Positions 1 to 8,810 of a DNA stretch of 64,000 nt are shown in pieces. Position 1 is the first letter of the stretch. Every line of letters starts with the position of its first letter. Where the stretch lies: contig CAVYBY010000012.1 of the NCBI GenBank assembly GCA_963766935.1, positions 20,945-84,944 of the forward strand, written 5' to 3'. Under the pieces are notes generated by a model that did no database searches, was not told the origin of the DNA, and saw only the letters and a list, made by a program, of their open reading frames with translations. Position numbers and translations under genes: made by a program. The DNA is from an uncultured Actinomycetes bacterium. Lineage in GTDB: Bacteria > Actinomycetota > UBA4738 > HRBIN12.

Positions 1-397
1 CGCTGGTACCGAGCCAAGTCCTTCACGACGGAAGGCAACCCGAGCTCGTCGACGCTCTTGATACCGTAGGGGATCACGCGAAAGACCGCGCCGAGCGCGT
101 CTCGCTGCATGAACACATTTACCCGGAATCGGGCACGCCCGGGGAGCGAGTAGGACATGTCCAGCTCGAGTTGCTGCTCGAAACGCTCGCGCAGCTTCTG
201 GGGCAGGATCGCGTAGATCATCGTTTGCAGCGCCTTCGGAGTGAGCAGCGGGTACTCCTCGACGCGGCGGAGGTCACCGTTGATCCGGACCGTCGGAGCC
301 GCTCCGGCCGTCAGATGCAAGTCCGATCCATCCAGTTCGAGCAGTGCGCCGAGCAGTTCGGGAATCGGAATCTGAATGTCCTGGTCTTCTTGTGCGA
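1..397 (-). CDS. pilT: Type IV pilus retraction ATPase PilT, N-terminal 132 codons (the 3' part of the gene lies beyond coordinate 1)
   Basis: Minus-strand ATG at 397 to 395. Manual translation gives MSTVAQEDQDIQIPIPELLGALLELDGSDLHLTAGAAPTVRINGDLRRVEEYPLLTPKALQTMIYAILPQKLRERFEQQLELDMSYSLPGRARFRVNVFMQRDALGAVFRVIP, which matches the conserved PilT N-domain. It is absent from the ORF track because it runs off the window edge. Confidence 0.8.
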
Positions 398-409
398 CCG
401 TGCTCATCG

Positions 410-2095
410 TCACTTCACCACCCTCGCCACTTCCTCGATCGATGTAAGTCCCGAACGAACCTTGACGAGGCCGTCCTCGCGAAGCGTCACCATGCCCTGC
501 GCGATCGCGGCGGTCTTGATCGTCTCCGACGACGCGCGTTCGACGGTGAGCCGTTCGATCTCCTCGTTCACCTGCATGACCTCGTAGAGGCCGATCCGGC
601 CGCGATAGCCCGTGTTGGAGCACGCCTGGCACCCGGCCGCACGGAACAGGCTCTTGATCTCGGCCCGGTCCGCGTCCAGGAAGCCGGCCTCCTCGAGCTC
701 GGGGCCCTCAGGCTTGTATTCCTCCTTGCAGCGCTCGCAGAGCTTCCGCGCAAGGCGCTGGGCGACGATGCAGTCGATCGCCGACGCGACCAGGAACGTC
801 TCCACGCCCATCTCCGTGAGGCGCGTGAGCGCCGACGCGGAGTCGTTCGTGTGGAGCGAGCTGAGCACGAGGTGACCGGTAAGCGCCGCCTCGATGGCGA
901 TCGTCGCGGTCTCGGTGTCGCGGATCTCCCCGATGAGCACGATGTCGGGGTCCGCTCGCAGGATCGATCGCAGGGCCGACGCGAACGTCAGCCCGGCCTT
1001 CGGGTTGACCTGCATCTGGTTGGTCCCCGCGAGGCGGTACTCGACGGGGTCCTCGACCGTGATGATGTTCTTGTCTTCCTGGTTGAGGATCTTGAGCGTC
1101 GAGTACATCGTCGTGGACTTCCCGGAGCCCGTCGGACCCACCACGAGGATGGCGCCGTAGGGCTTGCTGAAGGACTCCGAGAACCGCTTGTAGGAAGACT
1201 GCAGGAAGCCGAGCTCCTCAAGCTTGAGCAGGCCGCTGCTCTTGTCGAGCACGCGGATCACGACCTTCTCGCCGTAGACGGTCGGAAGCGTGGCGACGCG
1301 AAGGTCCAGCTGCCGGCCTCCGACTTTCATCGAGATCCGGCCGTCCTGCGGGACGCGCTTCTCGGCGATGTTGAGGTCGGCCATGACCTTGAGACGGCTG
1401 ATCAGCCCACCCTGGATGTTCTTGGGGGCCGGCGGCATCGGCTCGTGCAGCACGCCGTCGACCCGGAAACGGATCCTGACGTTCGTCTCACCGGGCTCGA
1501 TGTGGACGTCCGAGGCACGGTCGCCGACCGCCTGCGTCATGATCGCGTTGACCAGCTTGACGATCGGGGCGTCCTCGAGCGCCGCCTCGAGCTCTTCCGT
1601 GTCGCCTTCGAGGGACTCCGCGACGACGCTCGCCAGCGCCTCGACCTGGGAGTCCATGCCGGAGAACCGCTGGATCGCCTGTTCCACGTCGCTCGCGGTG
1701 GCGACCAGGGGCTGAACCTCCCGGCCGGTGATCGTGCGGATGTCGTCGAGTGCGTAGACGTTGGTCGGATCGGACATCGCGACGAGCAACTTCCCGTCGC
1801 GCTCTCCGATCGGGAGCGCCCGGTACCGGCGCGAGAGTCCCTCGGGAAGCAGGACGGTCACCGTCGCGTCGATCGGGTACTCGGTCAGGTCCACGAACTC
1901 GAGACCGACCTGCTCGGACAGCGCGCGAACGAGGTCGGGCTCACCGATGAACCCCATGTCGATGAGGACCCGCCCGAGCGCCTTCGGCGTGCGGCGGTGC
2001 TCCTCCAGGGCGCTGTCCAGCTGCTCCTGGGTGATATGGCCGAGCTCGATGAGGATCTGGCCCAGTTGCTTCGTCTTGCGCTTGGTCGTCGTCAT
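410..2095 (-). CDS. pilB: Type IV pilus assembly ATPase PilB (GspE family)
   Basis: 561 aa. It has a T2SSE N-domain, a Walker A motif GPTGSGKST and a C-terminal CxxC...CxxC zinc motif. It sits 12 nt upstream of pilT. Confidence 0.9.
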   Translation of the reverse strand: MTTTKRKTKQLGQILIELGHITQEQLDSALEEHRRTPKALGRVLIDMGFIGEPDLVRALSEQVGLEFVDLTEYPIDATVTVLLPEGLSRRYRALPIGERDGKLLVAMSDPTNVYALDDIRTITGREVQPLVATASDVEQAIQRFSGMDSQVEALASVVAESLEGDTEELEAALEDAPIVKLVNAIMTQAVGDRASDVHIEPGETNVRIRFRVDGVLHEPMPPAPKNIQGGLISRLKVMADLNIAEKRVPQDGRISMKVGGRQLDLRVATLPTVYGEKVVIRVLDKSSGLLKLEELGFLQSSYKRFSESFSKPYGAILVVGPTGSGKSTTMYSTLKILNQEDKNIITVEDPVEYRLAGTNQMQVNPKAGLTFASALRSILRADPDIVLIGEIRDTETATIAIEAALTGHLVLSSLHTNDSASALTRLTEMGVETFLVASAIDCIVAQRLARKLCERCKEEYKPEGPELEEAGFLDADRAEIKSLFRAAGCQACSNTGYRGRIGLYEVMQVNEEIERLTVERASSETIKTAAIAQGMVTLREDGLVKVRSGLTSIEEVARVVK

Positions 2096-2135
2096 CCTGG
2101 GGACTTGGTCCCTTTCGGTCTAGGTCGGGGGGTCC

Positions 2136-2867
2136 TCACCCAGGAACTTCGTCATCGGGACGGTCCACCTGAAGCAGCCCCGTGAACTCTTTCGCGAGCA
2201 GGAACCGGTCGATCTCCGACTCGTCCCCGTCCCCCCCCTGGGGGAGCTGGGAGGGTGAGTCCATCTGCTCGGCGGATGCCAGGAGAATCTCCATCTCCGG
2301 CTCCCTCTCGGTCTGGATCTGCGGCCGGATCTCTGGCTCTGGCCGGACCTCCGGCCGGATCTCTGGCAGGATCTTTGGGGCCTGCGGAGCCTCGAGATCG
2401 AGGGCCGTCTGGCCAGGCGTGACCAGCGGGAACGCCTCATCCGGCTCCGCCGGGGGCCGATTCGGCTCGATCGGCTCGATCGGGGCCGGCGGGGGCGGCG
2501 GGGCCGCGGCGGCAGCGTGATCGGGATCCCCGGGCCCCAGGCTCACCTGGCCGCGCGACCGCTCGGCCTCGACCAGGACGTCTTCGATCCGGTCGATCAG
2601 GACACCGGGCCGCACGCCGGGGACCGCCACCGCGAAGGCCGAGTAGGGGCCCCGGTGGACAAAGGCCCAGATGGCCGTGGGGAACTCGACGACGCCCCGT
2701 TCGGACTCTCCGAGCCCCGCGAAACGGAGCCAGGCAGATTTGGCCAGGCCCTCATCCTCGTCGGGATAGCTGCCGAGAACGAAGCCGTCGCGCGACAGGA
2801 TGAGGCATCCACGAACCTCCGTGACGGAGTCCGCGATGCGCTGAGCAAACGAGGCGTAGGCGTCCAC
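2136..2867 (-). CDS. Roadblock/LC7 (MglB-like) domain protein with a C-terminal Pro/Glu-rich tandem-repeat tail
   Basis: The N-terminal ~110 aa (GCLILSRDGFVLGSYPDEDEGLAKSAWLRFAGLGE...VAVPGVRPGVLIDRIEDV) fit the roadblock/LC7 pattern. The C-terminus carries PEIRPEVRPEPEIRPQIQ repeats encoded by ~12-nt tandem DNA repeats at about 2280 to 2400. The start is GTG and no Shine-Dalgarno (SD) sequence is evident. It lies 40 nt upstream of pilB. Confidence 0.55.
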   Translation of the reverse strand: MDAYASFAQRIADSVTEVRGCLILSRDGFVLGSYPDEDEGLAKSAWLRFAGLGESERGVVEFPTAIWAFVHRGPYSAFAVAVPGVRPGVLIDRIEDVLVEAERSRGQVSLGPGDPDHAAAAAPPPPPAPIEPIEPNRPPAEPDEAFPLVTPGQTALDLEAPQAPKILPEIRPEVRPEPEIRPQIQTEREPEMEILLASAEQMDSPSQLPQGGDGDESEIDRFLLAKEFTGLLQVDRPDDEVPG

Positions 2868-2920
2868 CTACGGACAACATCGTCGGCCAACCTGCCGAGG
2901 TTGAATCCGTCAGGCCCGAA

Positions 2921-3820
2921 TCAGCGAGGTTCGCCGAGCTCGGCCAGGGCCGCGGCCGACATGGACTCCAGTGGGGGCCGTCGCCCCGTCCACAGCTCGA
3001 ACGAGAGCGCCGCCTGATGCAACAGGAGTCCGAGCCCGCCGAACCACGGCGCGCCCACGGAACGAGCCGCGACGAGGAGTGGCGTCACCACCGGCTCGTA
3101 CAGCAGATCGACGACGACCGTACCGGCGCCCAGGGGCGGCGTCGGCAGCATCTCGCCCGAAGCACCGAGCGGGGTCGCATTCACGACGAGGTCGGCGGGC
3201 TCGCGGGCGGCCGAGTCGAACGGCACCACCGAGACCTCCAGCGGCAACCCCTCGATCGCGCCGGCGAGCGCCTCGGCCCGGGCCGCGTCGCGCGCCGCAA
3301 CGACGAGGCGGGCGAGGCCGCCCCGCGCCAGTGCGAGCGCGCACGCCCGGGCGGCGCCGCCCGCGCCGAACACCAGAGCGACCCGGCCTCGCGGGTCGAA
3401 CCCCGCGTCGTCCGCGAGAAAACGCTCGAACCCGGTCACATCGGTGTTGTGACCGGCCAGCATGCCGCCGGCGACGACGATCGTGTTGGCCGCACGAAGC
3501 CGCTCCGCGTCCTCGGAGCGGGAGTCCGCGAGCCCGGCAGCCTCGGTCTTGTGCGGCATGGTCACGTTCGCGCCGGCAAAGCCAAGGCGCCGGAGCCCCT
3601 CGAGCGCCGCGCCCAGGCGGCCGGGCTCGACCGGCAGCGGCACGTACGCCCAATCCATTCCCATGTCTCGGAATGCCGCGTTGTGGATCGCCGGGGACAA
3701 GCTGTGCTCGACCGGCCAGCCGATGATCCCGACGAGACGGGTGGTCCCGCGGATCCAACGCGCGGAGGCCCAGGACGCGGACCCAAAGGGTGCGGACGAG
3801 CTCTCAGCCGAGGCAGTCAT
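2921..3820 (-). CDS. aroE: Shikimate dehydrogenase
   Basis: VGIIGWPVEHSLSPAIHNAAF and NVTMPHK motifs. The only in-frame start is the ATG at 3820, which overlaps the mltG 3' end by 17 nt. Confidence 0.85.
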   Translation of the reverse strand: MTASAESSSAPFGSASWASARWIRGTTRLVGIIGWPVEHSLSPAIHNAAFRDMGMDWAYVPLPVEPGRLGAALEGLRRLGFAGANVTMPHKTEAAGLADSRSEDAERLRAANTIVVAGGMLAGHNTDVTGFERFLADDAGFDPRGRVALVFGAGGAARACALALARGGLARLVVAARDAARAEALAGAIEGLPLEVSVVPFDSAAREPADLVVNATPLGASGEMLPTPPLGAGTVVVDLLYEPVVTPLLVAARSVGAPWFGGLGLLLHQAALSFELWTGRRPPLESMSAAALAELGEPR

Positions 3821-4868
3821 TGACGTTGCGAAGATGGTCCGCGTAGGTGGTGGCGAACCGGTGGGAACCGTCGGCGCCGCAGAGCACGTAGTAGAAGTAG
3901 TTCGTCGAAGCCGGGTGCAGCGCCGCCTTGAGCGATTCCTCCCCCGGGCTCGCGATCGGGGTCGGAGGCAGCCCCGTTCGAAGCCGCGTGTTGTACGGGC
4001 TGTCGGACGCGAGGTCGGAATCGCTCAGCGACCCGTCCGGCGTGGGGTCGTCGTACAACAGCGTGGCGTCGATGCCCAGCGCCATCCCCTTGCGCAGCCG
4101 GTTGTAGATGACGGAGGCGATCAGCGCGCGGTCGCGCTCGACCCTGGCCTCCTTCTCGATCATGGACGCCACCGTCACGACCTCGTACGGCGTCAGGCCA
4201 AGTCGCCGAGCGCCCGTATTCAGATGCAGGGTCTTCGCCTCCTTGCGAAACGCCCGAAGCATCATCTGGATCACCACGAGCGGGTCGGTTTCCCTCTTGG
4301 GAACGTCGTACGTCGCGGGGAACAGGAAGCCTTCGGCCGACGTGGCCGACGCCGGGAGATATGGCGGGAGCGCCACGCCCGGCTCCTCGAGCGCGGCGGA
4401 GAACGCCTTCACCGGGATGCCGACGTCCTCGTGAACCCGGTCGGCGATCTGGGTGAGCCGGTAGCCCTCCGGGATCGTGACCCGCACCGTCGGCACCTTG
4501 GCGGGCGGTGTCGTGAGCACGTCGAGGATCTCGTCGAGGGTCATCCCGCGCGTCAGCCGGTAGGTCCCGGCCAGAATGCCGTCGGCCTTCCCGGATCCGC
4601 GCAGGAACAGATCCATGACGAACCCCTGGCATGAGACGAGGCCGGCGTCGTGCAGCGAACGCACCACGTCCTTGCCCGTGGACCCGTCCTCGACCTTGAA
4701 CTCGACGGCCGAAGCCGGACCGCCGGGAGGACGCTGACAGCCCGTGTAGTAGCGGGCCGCTCCCACCGCGCCGGCGACGAGAACCAGCAGGACAACGAGG
4801 AGCGCTGCGAGGACGCCGCGCCGCGGACGCTCTCGCTCGCGGCGGCGCTGGTCCCGGTCGGCCTCCAT
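3804..4868 (-). CDS. mltG: Endolytic murein transglycosylase MltG (YceG family)
   Basis: 354 aa with an N-terminal TM helix and a YceG domain (LTPYEVVTVASMIEKEA...SPYNTR). Same position as Rv2553c. Confidence 0.85.
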   Translation of the reverse strand: MEADRDQRRRERERPRRGVLAALLVVLLVLVAGAVGAARYYTGCQRPPGGPASAVEFKVEDGSTGKDVVRSLHDAGLVSCQGFVMDLFLRGSGKADGILAGTYRLTRGMTLDEILDVLTTPPAKVPTVRVTIPEGYRLTQIADRVHEDVGIPVKAFSAALEEPGVALPPYLPASATSAEGFLFPATYDVPKRETDPLVVIQMMLRAFRKEAKTLHLNTGARRLGLTPYEVVTVASMIEKEARVERDRALIASVIYNRLRKGMALGIDATLLYDDPTPDGSLSDSDLASDSPYNTRLRTGLPPTPIASPGEESLKAALHPASTNYFYYVLCGADGSHRFATTYADHLRNVNDCLG

Positions 4869-4892
4869 GCGGACCGAGGATACGCGGACCTG

Positions 4893-5336
4893 TCACCTTG
4901 CCGGAGGCTGCGCGTCCAGCCAGGCCTGCAGGATCACCGTCGCCGCCGTCTGGTCGACCGCGGCTCGCCGCCGTCCCGCGGAGGCCCCGGTGGCTCTCAG
5001 CAGGCGCTCCGCCTCGACCGTGGAGAGCCGTTCGTCGTGCAGCTCCACGGGGATCGAGAGTCCCGAGCGAAGCGCACCGGCGAACCCCTCGGCTTGCTGC
5101 GCGCGGGGGCCGGTCGCGCCGGACATGGAGCGCGGCAGCCCGACGACGACCAGCGTGATGCCCCGTTCCTTCACGATCCCGGCGATGGCGAGCAACTCGC
5201 CGGGCGGCTGGCCGACGAGGATCGTGCCGAGCGGGACTGCCGTTCTGCGCTCGGAATCCGAGATCGCGGTCCCGATCCGGGCATCCCCCAGGTCCAACCC
5301 GAGCACGGGGCCGGGGGAGCCCGTCCCGGAGCTCAT
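4893..5336 (-). CDS. ruvX: Holliday-junction resolvase-like nuclease RuvX/YqgF
   Basis: 147 aa, LGLDLGDARIGTAISD motif. Its start makes an ATGA overlap with the alaS stop. Confidence 0.85.
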   Translation of the reverse strand: MSSGTGSPGPVLGLDLGDARIGTAISDSERRTAVPLGTILVGQPPGELLAIAGIVKERGITLVVVGLPRSMSGATGPRAQQAEGFAGALRSGLSIPVELHDERLSTVEAERLLRATGASAGRRRAAVDQTAATVILQAWLDAQPPAR

Positions 5337-7990
5337 CCGGCGTCGAGGATCTCCCGCAGACGGGCGGGGATCCCCCCAAGCGCCTCCGGGACCGAGCCGC
5401 CGTCGGGGCCGCCGGCGTTGGCCAGCACGTCCTTGCCGCCGGCTCCGCCGCCGATCACCCGGGCCGCGGTCTCGAGCACCTTGGGCGCCGTGAGCCCCAG
5501 GTCGACCGCCGGCTTCGTCGCCGCCGCGACCAGCATGGCCTTGCCGGCCTCGGCGTTGCCGATGACGACGACGGCCGGACGTGAGGCCATCCGGTCCCGA
5601 ACCTTCTGTGCCAGCTCACGCAGACCGCCGGGATCCTCGCCGGGAACCTCGGACACGACGAGCGCAACGCCGTCCACGGCCGTCGCCCCGTCGGCGAGCG
5701 ACGCGACGAGGGCCCCCCGGTCGCCGGCGCGGAGACCGCCCAGCTCGTTTCGAAGCCGTTTGTTCTCCTCGACGACCCGCCGCGCCTGTTCGATCGCCGC
5801 CGAGGGATCCGAAGAGCCGAGGGCCTGCACGAGCCCGCGCAACAAGGCGCGCTCGGCATTGATCTCGCGGAGCGCGTCGGGTCCGACGAGGGCCTCCACG
5901 CGCCGCATGCCGGCCCCGATCGAGCTCTCGCCCAGGATCCGGATGACCGCGACGCTGCCCGTTCGGGCGACGTGCGTGCCGCCACAGAGCTCGCGCGAGT
6001 AGTCGCCGATCTCGACGACGCGAACGAGGTCTCCGTACTTCTCGCCGAACAGGGCGATCGCTCCCAGCGACTTCGCCTCGTCCATCGTGGTCTCGAAGAT
6101 CGCGACCTGGTCGTCGCGAGCGAGCCGGCGGTTCGCCTCCAGCTCCGCCTCTTCGAGGACCTCCTGCGGGACGGGGCTCGGATGCGGGAAGTCGAAGCGC
6201 AGGCGGCCGGGTGCGACCAGCGAACCGGCCTGGCGCGCGTGATCGCCCAGGACGTGTTTGAGCGTCCAGTGCACGACATGGGTCGACGTGTGGGAACGTG
6301 CGGTCGCCTCTCGCCGCAGACGGTCGATCTCGGCGATCGCGTCCTGCCCCGCCCGAACCTCGCCGGACTCCACGACCCCGATGTGCGCGATCGCGTCGGG
6401 TCCGGCCCACTGCGCGTCGTTGATCCGGACCAGTCCCGTCTGGGTCCTCACGACGCCGTGGTCCCCGACTTGGCCACCACTCTCGGCATAGAACGGCGTT
6501 CGCCCGAGGAACAGCCGGACCTCGGCCCCTTCTTCTGCGGACTCGAGCTGCACGTTGTCCGGGTCGAGCAACGCGACGATCGGCCCTTCCGCCTCCGGCT
6601 GGGCATACCCCAGGAACTCGGTCGGCGGCACGGCGCCGGCCTCGCTCCCGACGGTGATGCGTTTCGCCGCCTTTCTCGCGCGCCGTCGCTGCTCCTCCAG
6701 CAGCTCCGCGAACCGTTCTCCGTCGACGTCGAGGCCGGCCTCCTCCGCCACCTCCTGCGTCAGCTGGAGCGGGAAGCCGAACGTGTCGGAGAGCTTGAAG
6801 GCCACGTCGCCCGAGAGCCGCGGACGATGCTTCGACCCGCCGCCGGATGCCCGCACGCCGTCGATCTCGCCCTCGAGCAGCTGCATACCCTGACGCAGGG
6901 TCCTCGAAAAGCGCTCTTCTTCCGAGTCGACCACCTGCTCCACGAACGCTCGTTGCTCCCGGAGCTCCGGGTAGGCGTCCCCGAACTCGGCGACCACGAT
7001 CTCGACCAGCGGATCCATCACGGCGGTGCCGGCGCCGAGGCGGCGCGCGTGCAGCAGCACGCGTCGAAGCAGCCGGCGCAGGATGTAGCCGCGACCCTCG
7101 TTGGCCGGCTGCACGCCGTCGGCGACCAGGAAGGCAGCTGCCCGCGCGTGCTCCGCGACGATGCGGATCGAGACGTCGTCACGCTCGTCCGCGCCGTAGT
7201 GCTTGCCCGACAGCGACTCGACTGCCTCGATGATCGGCGTGAACAGATCCGTGTCGAAATAGCTGGCCGCGTCCTGCATCACCATGGCGACACGCTCGAG
7301 CGAGGACCCCGTGTCGACGTTCATGCCGGGCAGCGGCCCGACGACCTCACCGGACGCGTCCACCTGATCCTGCATGAACACGAGGTTCCAGATCTCCACG
7401 AACCGTTCCTCGTCGGCGTCGGGACCGCCGTCGATTCCGTACTTGGCGCCCCGGTCGACGAAGATCTCGCTGCACGGCCCGCCCGGACCCGCACCATGGG
7501 TCGACCAGTAGTTGGCCGGCTCCCCCTCGGCATCGAACTTCCCCCGCCGCACGATCCGTTCGGGCCGGAGCCCCGCGAGATCGACCCAGGCCGCGGCCGA
7601 GTCCTCGTCCTGCTCGAAGACCGTCACCCACAACCGGTCGTGATCGATCCCATATCCCTGCGTGATCAGCTCGTGCGCCCAGGCGATCGCCTCCGCCTTG
7701 AAGTAGTCCGCGAACGAGAAGTTGCCGAGCATCTCGAAGAACGTGAGGTGTCGTGCATCGTGACCGACGTTTTCGATGTCGTTGGTGCGCATGACCTTCT
7801 GGGCCGTGACGGCGCGGCGGTACGGCGGCTCGGCCTGACCCAGGAAGTACGGGATGAACTGGTTCATCCCGGCATTCGTGAGGAGCAGACCCGACTCGGG
7901 CGGCGGGATCAGCGGGCTCGAGGGGACGCGTCGGTGCGCCCGTTCCTCGAAGAACGAGAGAAAGCGCTCGCGGATTTGGCGGCCGTCCAC
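5333..7990 (-). CDS. alaS: Alanine--tRNA ligase
   Basis: 885 aa with full AlaRS catalytic, editing (HTSTHVVHWTL) and C-terminal domains. Confidence 0.95.
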   Translation of the reverse strand: MDGRQIRERFLSFFEERAHRRVPSSPLIPPPESGLLLTNAGMNQFIPYFLGQAEPPYRRAVTAQKVMRTNDIENVGHDARHLTFFEMLGNFSFADYFKAEAIAWAHELITQGYGIDHDRLWVTVFEQDEDSAAAWVDLAGLRPERIVRRGKFDAEGEPANYWSTHGAGPGGPCSEIFVDRGAKYGIDGGPDADEERFVEIWNLVFMQDQVDASGEVVGPLPGMNVDTGSSLERVAMVMQDAASYFDTDLFTPIIEAVESLSGKHYGADERDDVSIRIVAEHARAAAFLVADGVQPANEGRGYILRRLLRRVLLHARRLGAGTAVMDPLVEIVVAEFGDAYPELREQRAFVEQVVDSEEERFSRTLRQGMQLLEGEIDGVRASGGGSKHRPRLSGDVAFKLSDTFGFPLQLTQEVAEEAGLDVDGERFAELLEEQRRRARKAAKRITVGSEAGAVPPTEFLGYAQPEAEGPIVALLDPDNVQLESAEEGAEVRLFLGRTPFYAESGGQVGDHGVVRTQTGLVRINDAQWAGPDAIAHIGVVESGEVRAGQDAIAEIDRLRREATARSHTSTHVVHWTLKHVLGDHARQAGSLVAPGRLRFDFPHPSPVPQEVLEEAELEANRRLARDDQVAIFETTMDEAKSLGAIALFGEKYGDLVRVVEIGDYSRELCGGTHVARTGSVAVIRILGESSIGAGMRRVEALVGPDALREINAERALLRGLVQALGSSDPSAAIEQARRVVEENKRLRNELGGLRAGDRGALVASLADGATAVDGVALVVSEVPGEDPGGLRELAQKVRDRMASRPAVVVIGNAEAGKAMLVAAATKPAVDLGLTAPKVLETAARVIGGGAGGKDVLANAGGPDGGSVPEALGGIPARLREILDAG

Positions 7991-8041
7991 GGCGGAGAGT
8001 CTAGCCCCGGCCCTCGAGGCGTCGGCTCGCCGGGCGGCCGC

Positions 8042-8305
8042 TCAGGCGGCGGGCGGACGTCGGCCGGCGTCGTCCACGTCGATGAACTCCTCGCGGAGCT
8101 CGCGTTCGCGCATCTCCATGGCTCGCCGACCCTCTTGCAGGGACTCGGCCACGAGCTTCGACAGGTCGAGCATGCCGCCTCTCGCCTCGCGGGCGATGGA
8201 GGTCGGCGCGAAGCGATCCGCCTGTCGCTTGGCCCAGCGGGATGCGAGAACGGCGCCGGTGGCGCCCAGGCCGAGACCCGCGGCGACCCAGAAGAAGCGG
8301 CGCAT
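8042..8305 (-). CDS. Hypothetical small membrane protein (N-terminal TM helix followed by a charged helical tail)
   Basis: 87 aa, abutting the stop of the upstream DUF948 gene. There is no recognisable family signal beyond topology. Confidence 0.4.
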   Translation of the reverse strand: MRRFFWVAAGLGLGATGAVLASRWAKRQADRFAPTSIAREARGGMLDLSKLVAESLQEGRRAMEMRERELREEFIDVDDAGRRPPAA

Positions 8306-8689
8306 CTAGGACTTCTTCTTGGACTTGGACTTCGCCTTCGAGAAGCCCTTGCGAAGACCGGCGCCGATGCTGATCACCTTGATGATCGGACTCGCGGCCG
8401 CCTGCTCGACGAGCCCGGAGAGCTTCTCCACCCGCCCGACGATTTGGGTGGCCGAGACGAGCATCGTGTCGACGCGGTCGATCTCGCGGTTCGTCTTCTC
8501 CACCGACGTCTTGACCTCGCGAAGAAGCGGGACGGTCTCCTCGCGCATGGCGTCGATGGTCAGCTTGGTGCTCTCGAGCACGCGAAAGGTGTTGAGCAGC
8601 ACGACGCACAGGAAACCGACGAGCACGACCCAGCCGACGGCGAGGACGATCAAGGCCACATCACCACCCGTGAGCGCCAGGAGCGTCAT
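8306..8689 (-). CDS. DUF948 family membrane protein
   Basis: The ORF-track M at 8935 gives an improbable Arg/Pro-rich leader. The internal ATG at 8689 has a GGAGG SD and yields a 127-aa TM plus coiled-coil protein ending in a KSKSKKKS tail. Confidence 0.55.
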   Translation of the reverse strand: MTLLALTGGDVALIVLAVGWVVLVGFLCVVLLNTFRVLESTKLTIDAMREETVPLLREVKTSVEKTNREIDRVDTMLVSATQIVGRVEKLSGLVEQAAASPIIKVISIGAGLRKGFSKAKSKSKKKS

Positions 8690-8810
8690 CCCCGTCCTCC
8701 GTTCGTCCGTCTCGGCCGTTGCGGGCCCGCGTTTCGGGCCCGATTGTCTCCGGCTCCGTAGCATACCGGCGGCGGGCGGGCGGCCCACCCGCCCCGAGCC
8801 GGTCGGCGTC

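Noticed and set aside
344-2185. Long plus-strand ORFs antisense to real genes (344 to 2185, 5972 to 8761, 35474 to 37642, 43790 to 46087, 25541 to 28057 and similar)
   Set aside because: Their products are Arg/Ala/Pro/Gly-rich with no domain signal. They overlap well-supported minus-strand genes end to end. This is the standard artefact of about 70% GC, where stop codons are rare in all frames.
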